Shown here: one piece after another, positions 1 to 7,414 of the stretch
How positions within the stretch are numbered: the first letter of the stretch is position 1
Layout: every line of letters starts with the position of its first letter
Assembly (NCBI RefSeq): GCF_000283555.1
Contig: NC_016012.1
Coordinates: 1,020,001 to 1,052,000 of the forward strand
Length of the DNA stretch: 32,000 nt
Source of the DNA: Candidatus Arthromitus sp. SFB-rat-Yit
GTDB taxonomy: Bacteria; Bacillota; Clostridia; Clostridiales; Clostridiaceae
Reading direction: 5' to 3'
Translations under genes and position numbers: made by a program
The notes under the pieces: generated by a model
What the model was told of the DNA's origin: nothing
Database searches by the model: none
Seen by the model: the letters and a program-made list of their open reading frames with translations, nothing else

Positions 1-915
1 ATCTGGATTATTAACTTTAACTTTAGGCGTTTCTTGTACGAAATTAACATTACCATCCTGATTCTTAACCATCTGCAATTTCAAACTACTAGTAGTAGTG
101 TTGCCTACTCCAGTTCCACTAGCAGCACTTCCACCTGAAACTGCACTACTTCCAGTGCTAGCATTTTGATCATTCACTTTAAGTTTATCTGCAATTTGCT
201 GAGCCTTCTGAATAATATCTGGATTATGAACCTTAACTTCAGGTATTTTTTCTACAAAATTAATACCACCGTCACCATTCTTAATCATTTCTAAGTTTAA
301 TCTTGAAGTATACAAGCTACTAATTCCACTCGATCCGCTAGCAATAGAACCTGTTTCTTGTGCTTTAGATTGCTGTGCATTTATTATATCTGCTCCAGTT
401 ATCCATCTTGGCTTTGATCTGTATATGTAACTTACTATTCGTCCAGTAGTAGGGTCTACGTATTTATCCCTTCCAACTTTCGTATCACTAAGGAATATTT
501 CAAAACGTGTCCCAAGATTTTTCTCATATGTTTTTAAAGTACCAGAGTCACTAACATATTGCGTATATTTTTTATTAGGATCGATAGGTCCAGTAGCTAC
601 AAAAGTATCCGCAGTTGCTCCAAATTTATGTTGAACCTTATGTGTTGGCAACACATTTTCTGGCTGCTGTACTATTCCACTAACATTTCTTACACTAACC
701 CTAGAAGAAGCAGCACTTACACCACTAACACTACTTGTACCACTAGCTATACTACTTGCACGACTTAAACTTCTTGCAAGTCCTGAAGCAACTCTACCAA
801 CCATAGCATTGGCCTTTTTACCGTCACCCAAATATAAAGACATGGCCGCAATTACCGATAATACATAAAGACTTCCACTATAAAGCCCGACATTTTTATT
901 ATTTCTAACACCCAT
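1..915 (-). CDS. Secreted Ser/Thr-rich surface protein, paralog A (N-terminal part only; the gene runs off the left edge)
   Basis: It is absent from the ORF track because no stop lies in the window. My hand translation of the reverse complement from ATG 915..913 (GGAGGAG at 921..927) stays open to base 1: MGVRNNKNVGLYSGSLYVLSVIAAMSLYLGDGKKANA/MVGRVASGLARSLS... The signal peptide and the later RLNLEMIKNGDGGINFVE...QQIADKLKV module are homologous to ORF 1118..3016. Confidence 0.75.
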   Translation of the reverse strand, partial: MGVRNNKNVGLYSGSLYVLSVIAAMSLYLGDGKKANAMVGRVASGLARSLSRASSIASGTSSVSGVSAASSRVSVRNVSGIVQQPENVLPTHKVQHKFGATADTFVATGPIDPNKKYTQYVSDSGTLKTYEKNLGTRFEIFLSDTKVGRDKYVDPTTGRIVSYIYRSKPRWITGADIINAQQSKAQETGSIASGSSGISSLYTSRLNLEMIKNGDGGINFVEKIPEVKVHNPDIIQKAQQIADKLKVNDQNASTGSSAVSGGSAASGTGVGNTTTSSLKLQMVKNQDGNVNFVQETPKVKVNNPD

Positions 916-991
916 GTATTCTCCTCCGTATTTATTTAATTAAAATCAAAAACAGCCTACCTATCTTTGTTTAATTCATTTTTTTGTAATA

Positions 992-1020
992 ATTATAACA
1001 TTTTTTTCTAAAAAGTTCAT
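992..1020 (-). promoter_or_regulatory. Candidate sigma-A promoter of paralog A (extended -10)
   Basis: The - strand reads ATGAAC, a 17-nt spacer ending in TGT, then TATAAT (TATAAT = 992..997, TG at 999..1000). The -35 is weak. The position relative to the start codon matches the equivalent elements of paralogs B and C. Confidence 0.4.
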
Positions 1021-1072
1021 CATTTTTTAATTTTTTATATAAATTTAATTCACATTCTAACAAAATAACTGT

Positions 1073-1099
1073 TAAAAAAAAAGAGATACAAAGATCTCT
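1073..1099 (-). terminator. Rho-independent terminator of paralog B
   Basis: The - strand reads AGAGAT-CTTTGT-ATCTCT followed by a T9 run, directly downstream of the stop at 1118. Confidence 0.7.
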
Positions 1100-1117
1100 T
1101 TTAAGATTTCACACTAA

Positions 1118-3016
1118 TTATTTAGCATATCTCCTATATTTACTTAATATTTGTTGAACTTCTTGACTATCAAATATTCCCTTATAATCTACACCATCTG
1201 AACCACTTGAACCTAATGAACCCCTTCTTGAATTCTGTCCTGATCCTCCTTCATCACCTTCAGGTATTGTTGCAAGACTTGGTCTGTATCCACCATCATC
1301 TACAGTGTCAAATTCTCGATTTTGTCTGCCCTTTGGTCTTGCTCCTTCTCTTCCGTCTGAAGAAGAACCTCCCGTACTTAAACCTGAACTTGAAGAGCTT
1401 GAGCTACTAGATGATGTTGTTGTAGTCGTGCTAGAAGTAGTACTTGTAGTTGACGTAGTTTTTGAGCTTGTACCACTAGAGCTTGAAGAACTTGAAGAAC
1501 CACCTATTTTAGTAACAGTTCTTGAGCTACTCGAACTTGTTTGTGGTGATGATAATTTAGGTCCTGATAATGTTGTAGTTGTTGTTGTAGATGATTTGCT
1601 GCTGTTTTTTAAAGATTCTTCAAGTGCCTTTTGAAGATTTGGATTAGAATCATCAGGATCCAATCCAGTAGGTGGAGCAGTTTTAGGTGCTTTAGTGTCA
1701 GGATTTTTAGTTTGAGCTGTCACTTGTTTTTCAGTACCATTAGGACCCTTTAAAGTTACTGTCACAGTTCCAGGAGTCGCACTCGAACTTGAACCAGTAA
1801 CAGTCGGCGTAGGAGTAGTTTTAGTGCTAGTTGTAACTGTTGTAGTTGCTCCACTACTGGAAGATGTAGTCGTTCCTGTTGAAGTTGTAGGCGAACTACT
1901 ACTTGTCCCTGTTCCAGTAGTTGGAGTCGTTGTTAATTTAGTTGCTCCTCTAGTAGGAGTCGAAGTTGTTTGTGGAGATGACAACTTTACACCACTTAAT
2001 GTGCCAGTAGCTGAACTTGTACCACCTGGACTAGTTGTGGTACTAGTTTTTGTACCTGTAGTAGAAGTTGTAGTTGTCCCTGAAGTACTAGTCGCTGTTG
2101 TAGTTGTCACTGTCGTAGTTGTCGATGATCCAGAACTTGTACTTGGTCCACTTGACGTTGTAGTAGTTGGTGTTGACGTACTAGAGGTTGAACTACCTTG
2201 TACTTTCAACTTGTTAGCAATCTGTTGACCCTGTTGAGTAACCTTCCCATCAAATTTAACCTTGTTTTGCTCTACAAATATAATTTTATCCCCATCTTTA
2301 GTCATGAGTAAATTCAACCTAGAAACATAGGCTTTAGTGCCACTTGAGCCTCCAGATCCAATACCACCACTTCCATCAACTCCGTCTTGATTATTTCCAG
2401 CACCGCCACTTGTTGCACTTGATGAGCTTAATCTGCTACCTGAACTTCCAGAAGCAGAAGTTGATGAACTTGATCCACTAGCACTTGTGCCAGAACTTGT
2501 CCCACTACCACTACCACTAGCACCAGTACTAGAACTAGTACCACTACCTACTTTATATGCAATCCTTTTAGGGGTTCCATCACTTCCAGTATATTTTAAA
2601 ACACCATATGTACCTGGTCCCCATGTCAATTTCTCCATAGCACTTGTTGGCTCTTTAGGTAATACTTTTACTGTTCCAGAACCATTAGCTCCTTCTTCAA
2701 AAAGTAAAACTAGTGTTTTAACCTTACCACCAGATACAGTGCCACCACCTACAGTTTGTTTAACTTTAAGACCTTGATTTACATTTGCAAGACTCGAAGT
2801 GCTACTAAGTCTAGCTTTATTAACAGCACCATTAATACTATCTCCAATTCCTCTAAATGCATTCACAACTTGGGAAGCAAGAGCACTAACCCTACTTCTA
2901 AGAGCAGCTTTAGCATTCTTACCTCCAACTACACACAAAGAAGTAGCGGTAACTAAAGATAACACACAAAGTTTACCGCTATATTTTACAACTTTCCCTT
3001 TATTTTTCACATCCAT
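1118..3016 (-). CDS. Mucin-like Ser/Thr-rich secreted surface protein, paralog B (632 aa)
   Basis: Long ORF with a 37-aa signal peptide, MDVKNKGKVVKYSGKLCVLSLVTATSLCVVGGKNAKA/A. It has a short folded-looking N-terminal region and the RLNLLMTKDGDKIIFVEQ...QQIANKLKV module. Hundreds of residues of S/T/G/P low complexity follow. No LPXTG motif and no C-terminal TM segment. Confidence 0.85.
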   Translation of the reverse strand: MDVKNKGKVVKYSGKLCVLSLVTATSLCVVGGKNAKAALRSRVSALASQVVNAFRGIGDSINGAVNKARLSSTSSLANVNQGLKVKQTVGGGTVSGGKVKTLVLLFEEGANGSGTVKVLPKEPTSAMEKLTWGPGTYGVLKYTGSDGTPKRIAYKVGSGTSSSTGASGSGSGTSSGTSASGSSSSTSASGSSGSRLSSSSATSGGAGNNQDGVDGSGGIGSGGSSGTKAYVSRLNLLMTKDGDKIIFVEQNKVKFDGKVTQQGQQIANKLKVQGSSTSSTSTPTTTTSSGPSTSSGSSTTTTVTTTTATSTSGTTTTSTTGTKTSTTTSPGGTSSATGTLSGVKLSSPQTTSTPTRGATKLTTTPTTGTGTSSSSPTTSTGTTTSSSSGATTTVTTSTKTTPTPTVTGSSSSATPGTVTVTLKGPNGTEKQVTAQTKNPDTKAPKTAPPTGLDPDDSNPNLQKALEESLKNSSKSSTTTTTTLSGPKLSSPQTSSSSSRTVTKIGGSSSSSSSSGTSSKTTSTTSTTSSTTTTTSSSSSSSSSSGLSTGGSSSDGREGARPKGRQNREFDTVDDGGYRPSLATIPEGDEGGSGQNSRRGSLGSSGSDGVDYKGIFDSQEVQQILSKYRRYAK

Positions 3017-3087
3017 GCACTAACTCTCCTTTTTAAAACAATTCAAAATTAACTTAAATCATAATTTATGTATATTTGATTCATTTT

Positions 3088-3117
3088 TATTTAACAATTG
3101 TACCATTATTTTTACAA
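3088..3117 (-). promoter_or_regulatory. Candidate promoter of paralog B
   Basis: The - strand reads TTGTAA (3117..3112), an 18-nt spacer ending in TGT, then TAAATA (3093..3088). It lies at the same distance from the start codon as in paralogs A and C. Weak on its own. Confidence 0.3.
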
Positions 3118-3162
3118 AATTTCATTATTTTTAAAATTTTTACTAAAATTTTCATGATCCCA

Positions 3163-3195
3163 TAAAAAAATTGATAGATATTAAAATCTATCAAT
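3163..3195 (-). terminator. Rho-independent terminator of paralog C
   Basis: The - strand reads ATTGATAGAT-TTTAAT-ATCTATCAAT followed by T7, just downstream of the stop at 3215. Confidence 0.75.
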
Positions 3196-3214
3196 CATAC
3201 ATACAAATCACTTA

Positions 3215-3905
3215 CTATCTATTAAAATATTTCGGTCTTGCACCTAGATTAGTAGTCGAATTACCTCCATTAATACCACTTACTACAGTAATAAGCATTC
3301 CCGTAGGACCAGAATCTACACTTGAAGGCATAGTTAAACTCTTTGGACCGCCATTAGTTGACGTAAACAAATCTTTATACTGACTTCCTGACCCACCTCT
3401 TGTCCAACCTCTACTAGTTAAACCACTTATTCCAGTTTGAGTATGACCCCATCCACCAAGTATAGATTTAGGTCCAGAATCTACACCTGTTACTGTGGCA
3501 CTCAAGTTTCCACCACTTCGAGTAAATCCATCATCTCTTAAAGGTTGTGGACCAAGACCAGTTCCATCATAAATGCTAGAGCCTTTACTTCCTGTCGACG
3601 ATCTTGTCCAATCAGACAAACTTGGATAACTTGGATCACCATTTTTATTTACACCTAAAATAGAATTAGGTCCTGATTGTTTCGAAAATCCTCCATCAAC
3701 TAATGTAAGACTTTTAGGTCGAATGCTAAATCTACCATTATTTACAAATAACTTGATTCCCGAAGTGAATCTAGGTCCGCTACTTGATAGCATAGCTTTA
3801 GTAGCTGACCCCCCCCGTCATAAATGACGAAACACACGCAACAACTGACAAAGCACAAAGATGACCACTATATTTTGCAAATCTTTTTCTGCTCTTTAAA
3901 CCCAT
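3215..3905 (-). pseudogene. Surface protein paralog C, frameshifted at a G8 tract (in frame with G7 or G10, giving 229 aa); phase-variable gene or pseudogene
   Basis: ATG 3905 (GGAG 8 nt upstream) encodes MGLKSRKRFAKYSGHLCALSVVACVSSFMTGG, then hits TAA three codons after the G8 run. Deleting one G joins it to the 192-aa ORF 3215..3793 through ...MTGGSATKA/MLSSSGPRF. That reproduces the 37-aa signal peptide of paralogs A and B. Confidence 0.8.
3809..3816 (-). repeat. G8 homopolymer (C8 on the + strand) inside the signal-peptide coding region
   Basis: Read directly as gacc ccccccgt at 3807..3818. It is the longest G/C run I found in the window; the next longest is C6 at 18855..18860. Confidence 0.95.
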
Positions 3906-3983
3906 AATTAATTCTCCATTTATCAAATAATTTTAAAACACATAACGTCATATCTTAAATGTTTGATTCATTATTTTGTTAAC

Positions 3984-4012
3984 ATATTAACATCTTATTA
4001 AAAATATTGCAA
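3984..4012 (-). promoter_or_regulatory. Candidate promoter of paralog C (extended -10)
   Basis: The - strand reads TTGCAA (4012..4007), a 17-nt spacer ending in TGT, then TAATAT (3989..3984). Confidence 0.45.
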
Positions 4013-4036
4013 TAAAAAAGAGAGGTCACCCCTCTC
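4012..4036 (-). terminator. Terminator of the aminotransferase operon
   Basis: The - strand reads GAGAGG-GGTGA-CCTCTC followed by TTTTTTATT, directly after the stop at 4045. Confidence 0.7.
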
Positions 4037-4044
4037 TCAATAAT

Positions 4045-5184
4045 CTATTTATCTATATAATTCTCAATCCTAACCAAACCTTTTTCAAGTTCATCAATAG
4101 AATTACAATAACTAATTCTCATATATCCTTCACCCATTTCTCCAAAAGCACTTCCAGGGACACATGCAACCCCTGCATATTTAATCAAATCAACGCAAAA
4201 ATCATAACTATCCTTACTCGCAATACCTTCAAGAGATGGGAAAATATAAAAAGCCCCCATCGGTTTCTCAACTTTAAATCCCATTTTAATTAATCGATTA
4301 TATACAAAATCTCTTCTTGCCCTAAACTCTTCTCTCATTATCTCAACATCATAAAGAGCTTTATCAAATCCATACAAAGTTCCATACTGAACAATAGATG
4401 CCGCAGAAGACGTAGCATACAAATGAACTTTATTAAGCTCATCTATATAAGGGCTCTTTGCACAAATAAACCCAAGCCTTAATCCCGTCATGGAAAACAT
4501 CTTAGAAAATCCAGAAACCAAAATAGTTCTATCTAACAATTCTTCATATTCGCAAATCGTCTCAAATTTATCATAAACAATAGTGCTATACATTTCATCA
4601 CTTATTATTTTACATTCTGGATATTTTCGTAAAATTTCATAAAACTTGATCTTATCATTTTCAGTTAAAGAAATTCCAGTTGGATTATTTGGAAAACACA
4701 TAACAATTCCTTTAATATCTTTCGATTCAAAAGCATCTTCTATTCCACCAAAATCAATCTTTCCATTTTTATTTACATCATAAAAAATAGGATTAGCTCC
4801 AACAAATCTGAGAGTATTTTCATATGCGGGATAACCCGGACTAGGTGTCAAAACATTATCCCCTTCATTAAAAATTGTATTAAACGTTACAAAAAGTGCC
4901 TCACTTCCACCAACTGTTAAAATCATCTCATCTTTATTAAATTTTATAGAATACTCATCATCTAAATATTTGCATATCCTCTCCCTAAGCTCAGGTATCC
5001 CCTGATTCATCGTATAATAGGTTTTCCCCTCGCTTATAGCCTTCAAAACTCCATCTTCAATAGACTTTGGAAGCTTGAAATCAGGTTGTCCAACAGTTAA
5101 AGAAATAGCATCTGGATAATTTTTAACTTCATTGAAAAATTTTCTGATGCCAGAATATTGAACATTTTTCATGCGTCTATTCAT
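4045..5184 (-). CDS. Class I/II PLP-dependent aminotransferase (possibly the N-acetyl-LL-diaminopimelate aminotransferase of the DapH branch)
   Basis: 379 aa. It has the N-terminal SGIRKFF motif, NPTG, and the PLP-lysine motif SGFSKMFSMTGLRLGF. GGAGG lies 8 nt upstream of the ATG. The DAP role is inferred only from proximity to dapH. Confidence 0.88.
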   Translation of the reverse strand: MNRRMKNVQYSGIRKFFNEVKNYPDAISLTVGQPDFKLPKSIEDGVLKAISEGKTYYTMNQGIPELRERICKYLDDEYSIKFNKDEMILTVGGSEALFVTFNTIFNEGDNVLTPSPGYPAYENTLRFVGANPIFYDVNKNGKIDFGGIEDAFESKDIKGIVMCFPNNPTGISLTENDKIKFYEILRKYPECKIISDEMYSTIVYDKFETICEYEELLDRTILVSGFSKMFSMTGLRLGFICAKSPYIDELNKVHLYATSSAASIVQYGTLYGFDKALYDVEIMREEFRARRDFVYNRLIKMGFKVEKPMGAFYIFPSLEGIASKDSYDFCVDLIKYAGVACVPGSAFGEMGEGYMRISYCNSIDELEKGLVRIENYIDK

Positions 5185-5206
5185 AACATATTCCTCCTAA
5201 AAACTT

Positions 5207-5749
5207 TTAATATTCTATGCCAACTCTAGCTAAAATGCCATTATCATAATAATGTTTAACCTTATCAATTCTACTAACTAGATCAGCATTATCAATAATG
5301 TCTTTAGATGCATTCCTTCCTGTCAAAATTAGCTCTAGATTCTTCGGCTTATTTTTCATAATCTCTATTATTTCGAATTCGTCTATAAATCCTCCTTGAA
5401 TTGCTCCAAGAACCTCATCTAAAATTATCAAATCATAATTCCCAGAATTTATAAATTCTTTCGCTTTATTCAATTCAATTTTAATTTCCTCTCTGAGAAG
5501 TTTAAGCTCCTCTTCATTAAGGTTATACGTGAAATCCTTTTTACTCTCAATCCTAAAAATTTCAAACTTATCCCCCAAAAGTTTAATACTATCGAGTTCT
5601 GATGTGTGCCAATTCTTAAGAAACTGAACCATCATAACTTTAAATCCAGCTCCAATACTTCTAAACGCAAGCCCCAGAGCACACGTAGTTTTTCCCTTAC
5701 CATCACCCATATAAACATGTATGTATCCGTTATTTTCCAAAATCCTCAC
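5207..5749 (-). CDS. cobO: Cob(I)yrinic acid a,c-diamide / cob(I)alamin adenosyltransferase (CobA/CobO/BtuR family)
   Basis: It has the P-loop GDGKGKTT followed by the family pattern ALGLAFRSIGAGFKVMMVQFLK, and the DLIILDE motif. The true start may be the TTG at 5740, with AGAGGAG upstream. Confidence 0.8.
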   Translation of the reverse strand: MRILENNGYIHVYMGDGKGKTTCALGLAFRSIGAGFKVMMVQFLKNWHTSELDSIKLLGDKFEIFRIESKKDFTYNLNEEELKLLREEIKIELNKAKEFINSGNYDLIILDEVLGAIQGGFIDEFEIIEIMKNKPKNLELILTGRNASKDIIDNADLVSRIDKVKHYYDNGILARVGIEY

Positions 5750-5876
5750 TCCTCTGACATAAATTTTACCTTACGAACCTATATTAATCCATTACTATTT
5801 AATTAATTTTCATCCAAACCCCCTAACATATAGTATAATACTTATAAATTAACAAAAAGGAAGGAATGTTTATTTA

Positions 5877-6590
5877 ATGAATTACGATATGAAAAATCCC
5901 TATGACATTGCAAGATACATAAAAGATTCTAAAAAATCAACTCCTCTAAAAGTCTACCTAAAAGGGGATTTAACAGATAAAGATTTTGATAATTTAGAAT
6001 TCTACGGATCAAATGGAAATTACACTCTATTTGGTGAAAAAGAAGATATCCTTTCATTTTTATCTAAAAATCAATCCAAAATACACAAACATAGAATTGA
6101 AAATACAAAAAGAAATTCTGCAATTCCAATGTTAAACCTAATAGACATTGAAGCAAGAATTGAGCCTGGAGCAATAATACGTGACATGGTAACCATAGAA
6201 AAGAATTGTGTAATCATGATGGGAGCAGTTATAAATATAGGTGCAGAAATTGGGGAAGGTACAATGGTAGACATGAACGCTGTTGTTGGTGCTCGTGGAA
6301 AACTTGGGAAAAATGTACACCTAGGAGCTGGTGCTGTTGTGGCTGGAGTTCTCGAACCTCCATCAAAAGAACCATGTATAATAGAAGATAATGTTCTTAT
6401 AGGAGCTAATGCCGTAATACTAGAAGGAGTTCATGTGGGCAAAAACTCTGTAGTTGGTGCGGGTGCAATTGTAACAAATAATGTACCTCCAAACACAGTA
6501 GTAACTGGATCTCCTGCAAGAATTATTAAAGAAATTGACCAATCAGTTAAAGACAAAACTAAAATTTTAGAAGACTTACGAAGCCTCTAA
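5877..6590 (+). CDS. dapH: 2,3,4,5-tetrahydropyridine-2,6-dicarboxylate N-acetyltransferase
   Basis: 237 aa that I recall aligning along its full length with Bacillus DapH ([35 protein letters not shown]). It also has left-handed beta-helix hexapeptide repeats. Confidence 0.92.
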   Translation: MNYDMKNPYDIARYIKDSKKSTPLKVYLKGDLTDKDFDNLEFYGSNGNYTLFGEKEDILSFLSKNQSKIHKHRIENTKRNSAIPMLNLIDIEARIEPGAIIRDMVTIEKNCVIMMGAVINIGAEIGEGTMVDMNAVVGARGKLGKNVHLGAGAVVAGVLEPPSKEPCIIEDNVLIGANAVILEGVHVGKNSVVGAGAIVTNNVPPNTVVTGSPARIIKEIDQSVKDKTKILEDLRSL

Positions 6591-6627
6591 AAAACAAATA
6601 AAGATCATCATTACGATGATCTTTCTT

Positions 6628-7284
6628 TTATCCAACATCTTCAGAGGATTCAATAATCTTATTATCTTTATCTACTTTTTCCATCTTTGAAACTGATACT
6701 TCATATGCTATCTTTATTATTTTCTCAGTTTCAGAAATTTTCTTTTGATATTCACGACTCTGTAATCTTCCCCAAACTCTTATATTATCTCCAATTTGTA
6801 GATTTTTACAAAATCTCGAATTCCTTCCCCATGCTATAGTAGGTATGTAATCCGATTTATTGTAAGCCCTATTAACTGCTAAAAGTACATCTGCAATTTC
6901 TCTGCCAAAAGGTGTTGTCCTATAAAGTGGCTGTTTACAAATATATCCATCTAAATAAATTTCATTTGGATTTTTACTTTTTTCAGTACAAGGAGTAACA
7001 TTCCGAGCAAAAACAGTTAATATCAATTTATTTCTTCCATCTACAATTTTATTATATGATCTTAATTGACCCTCTAACATTATTTCTGTTCCTATTAAAA
7101 AATCTATTCCAACCATTATCCTCTCTGATATAGTTACACTCAAAATATCTCTCGAATCGCTTAACCGCATAACTTCTATATCAAAATTATAAAATCCCTC
7201 TCCAAACATTTCATGACTAAATTTTGGTTCATTTACTACCTTCCCTTCAAGCCATATCCTATTATTAACTAAGTTTATGTCCAT
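6628..7284 (-). CDS. SSB-like protein with two OB folds (clostridial single-stranded DNA-binding protein family)
   Basis: Start taken at ATG 7284, with GGAGAGG 6 nt upstream. Two OB-like halves are visible (LEGKVVNEPKFSHE...GQLRSYN and YLDGYICKQPLYRTTPFGREIADVLLAVNR...WGRLQSREYQKK). They resemble proteins annotated as SSB in spore-forming Clostridia. Confidence 0.6.
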   Translation of the reverse strand: MDINLVNNRIWLEGKVVNEPKFSHEMFGEGFYNFDIEVMRLSDSRDILSVTISERIMVGIDFLIGTEIMLEGQLRSYNKIVDGRNKLILTVFARNVTPCTEKSKNPNEIYLDGYICKQPLYRTTPFGREIADVLLAVNRAYNKSDYIPTIAWGRNSRFCKNLQIGDNIRVWGRLQSREYQKKISETEKIIKIAYEVSVSKMEKVDKDNKIIESSEDVG

Positions 7285-7414
7285 ACTACACCTCTCCACA
7301 TTAGTTTTTATTCTCTAATATGTATATTAGTCAGGATTTTTTTTATTACTTTGATTATATACAATACATTATAAAATTCATTAAATCATTTTTCGTATTT
7401 AATTTTATCAACAT

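Noticed and set aside
559-768. A + strand 69-aa ORF lies inside paralog A.
   Set aside because: It is antisense to a continuous - strand reading frame that has an RBS and a signal peptide and is homologous to paralog B.
2950-3016. The KYSGxLxxLS motif resembles the YSIRK-G/S signal-peptide motif.
   Set aside because: The spacing and residues do not fit YSIRK-x3-G-x2-S. I keep it only as a functional analogy, not as a homology claim.
1207-3023. Several + strand ORFs of 66 to 134 aa lie antisense to the mucin-like gene (1207..1410, 1305..1634, 1824..2228, 2487..2777, 2756..2956, 2799..3023). They are rich in V, L, E and P.
   Set aside because: They are mirror images of the Ser/Thr codon repeats (act/agt/tct read backwards give V, L and E runs). 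They lack an RBS and overlap a far better supported - strand gene. They are a low-complexity artefact.
3171-3383. A + strand 70-aa ORF begins inside the hairpin at 3171..3194.
   Set aside because: It starts inside a terminator stem and is antisense to paralog C. It has no RBS.
3830-3870. Paralog C contains a lipobox-like V-V-A-C (LSVVACVSS), suggesting a lipoprotein.
   Set aside because: Paralog A has no Cys and paralog B has no matching lipobox at that position. All three share a downstream A-x-A signal peptidase I site at residue 37.
5750-5876. A lysine (L-box) riboswitch might lie upstream of dapH.
   Set aside because: The divergent intergenic region is only 127 nt and shows none of the conserved L-box helices or the AGAGGNGC core. 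It is too short once a promoter is included.
7313-7335. An AT-only palindrome CTAATAT-GT-ATATTAG lies between the deacetylase and SSB-like genes.
   Set aside because: The loop is too small for a stable hairpin, and the T run precedes the stem rather than following it on the relevant strand. It is probably chance in AT-rich DNA.
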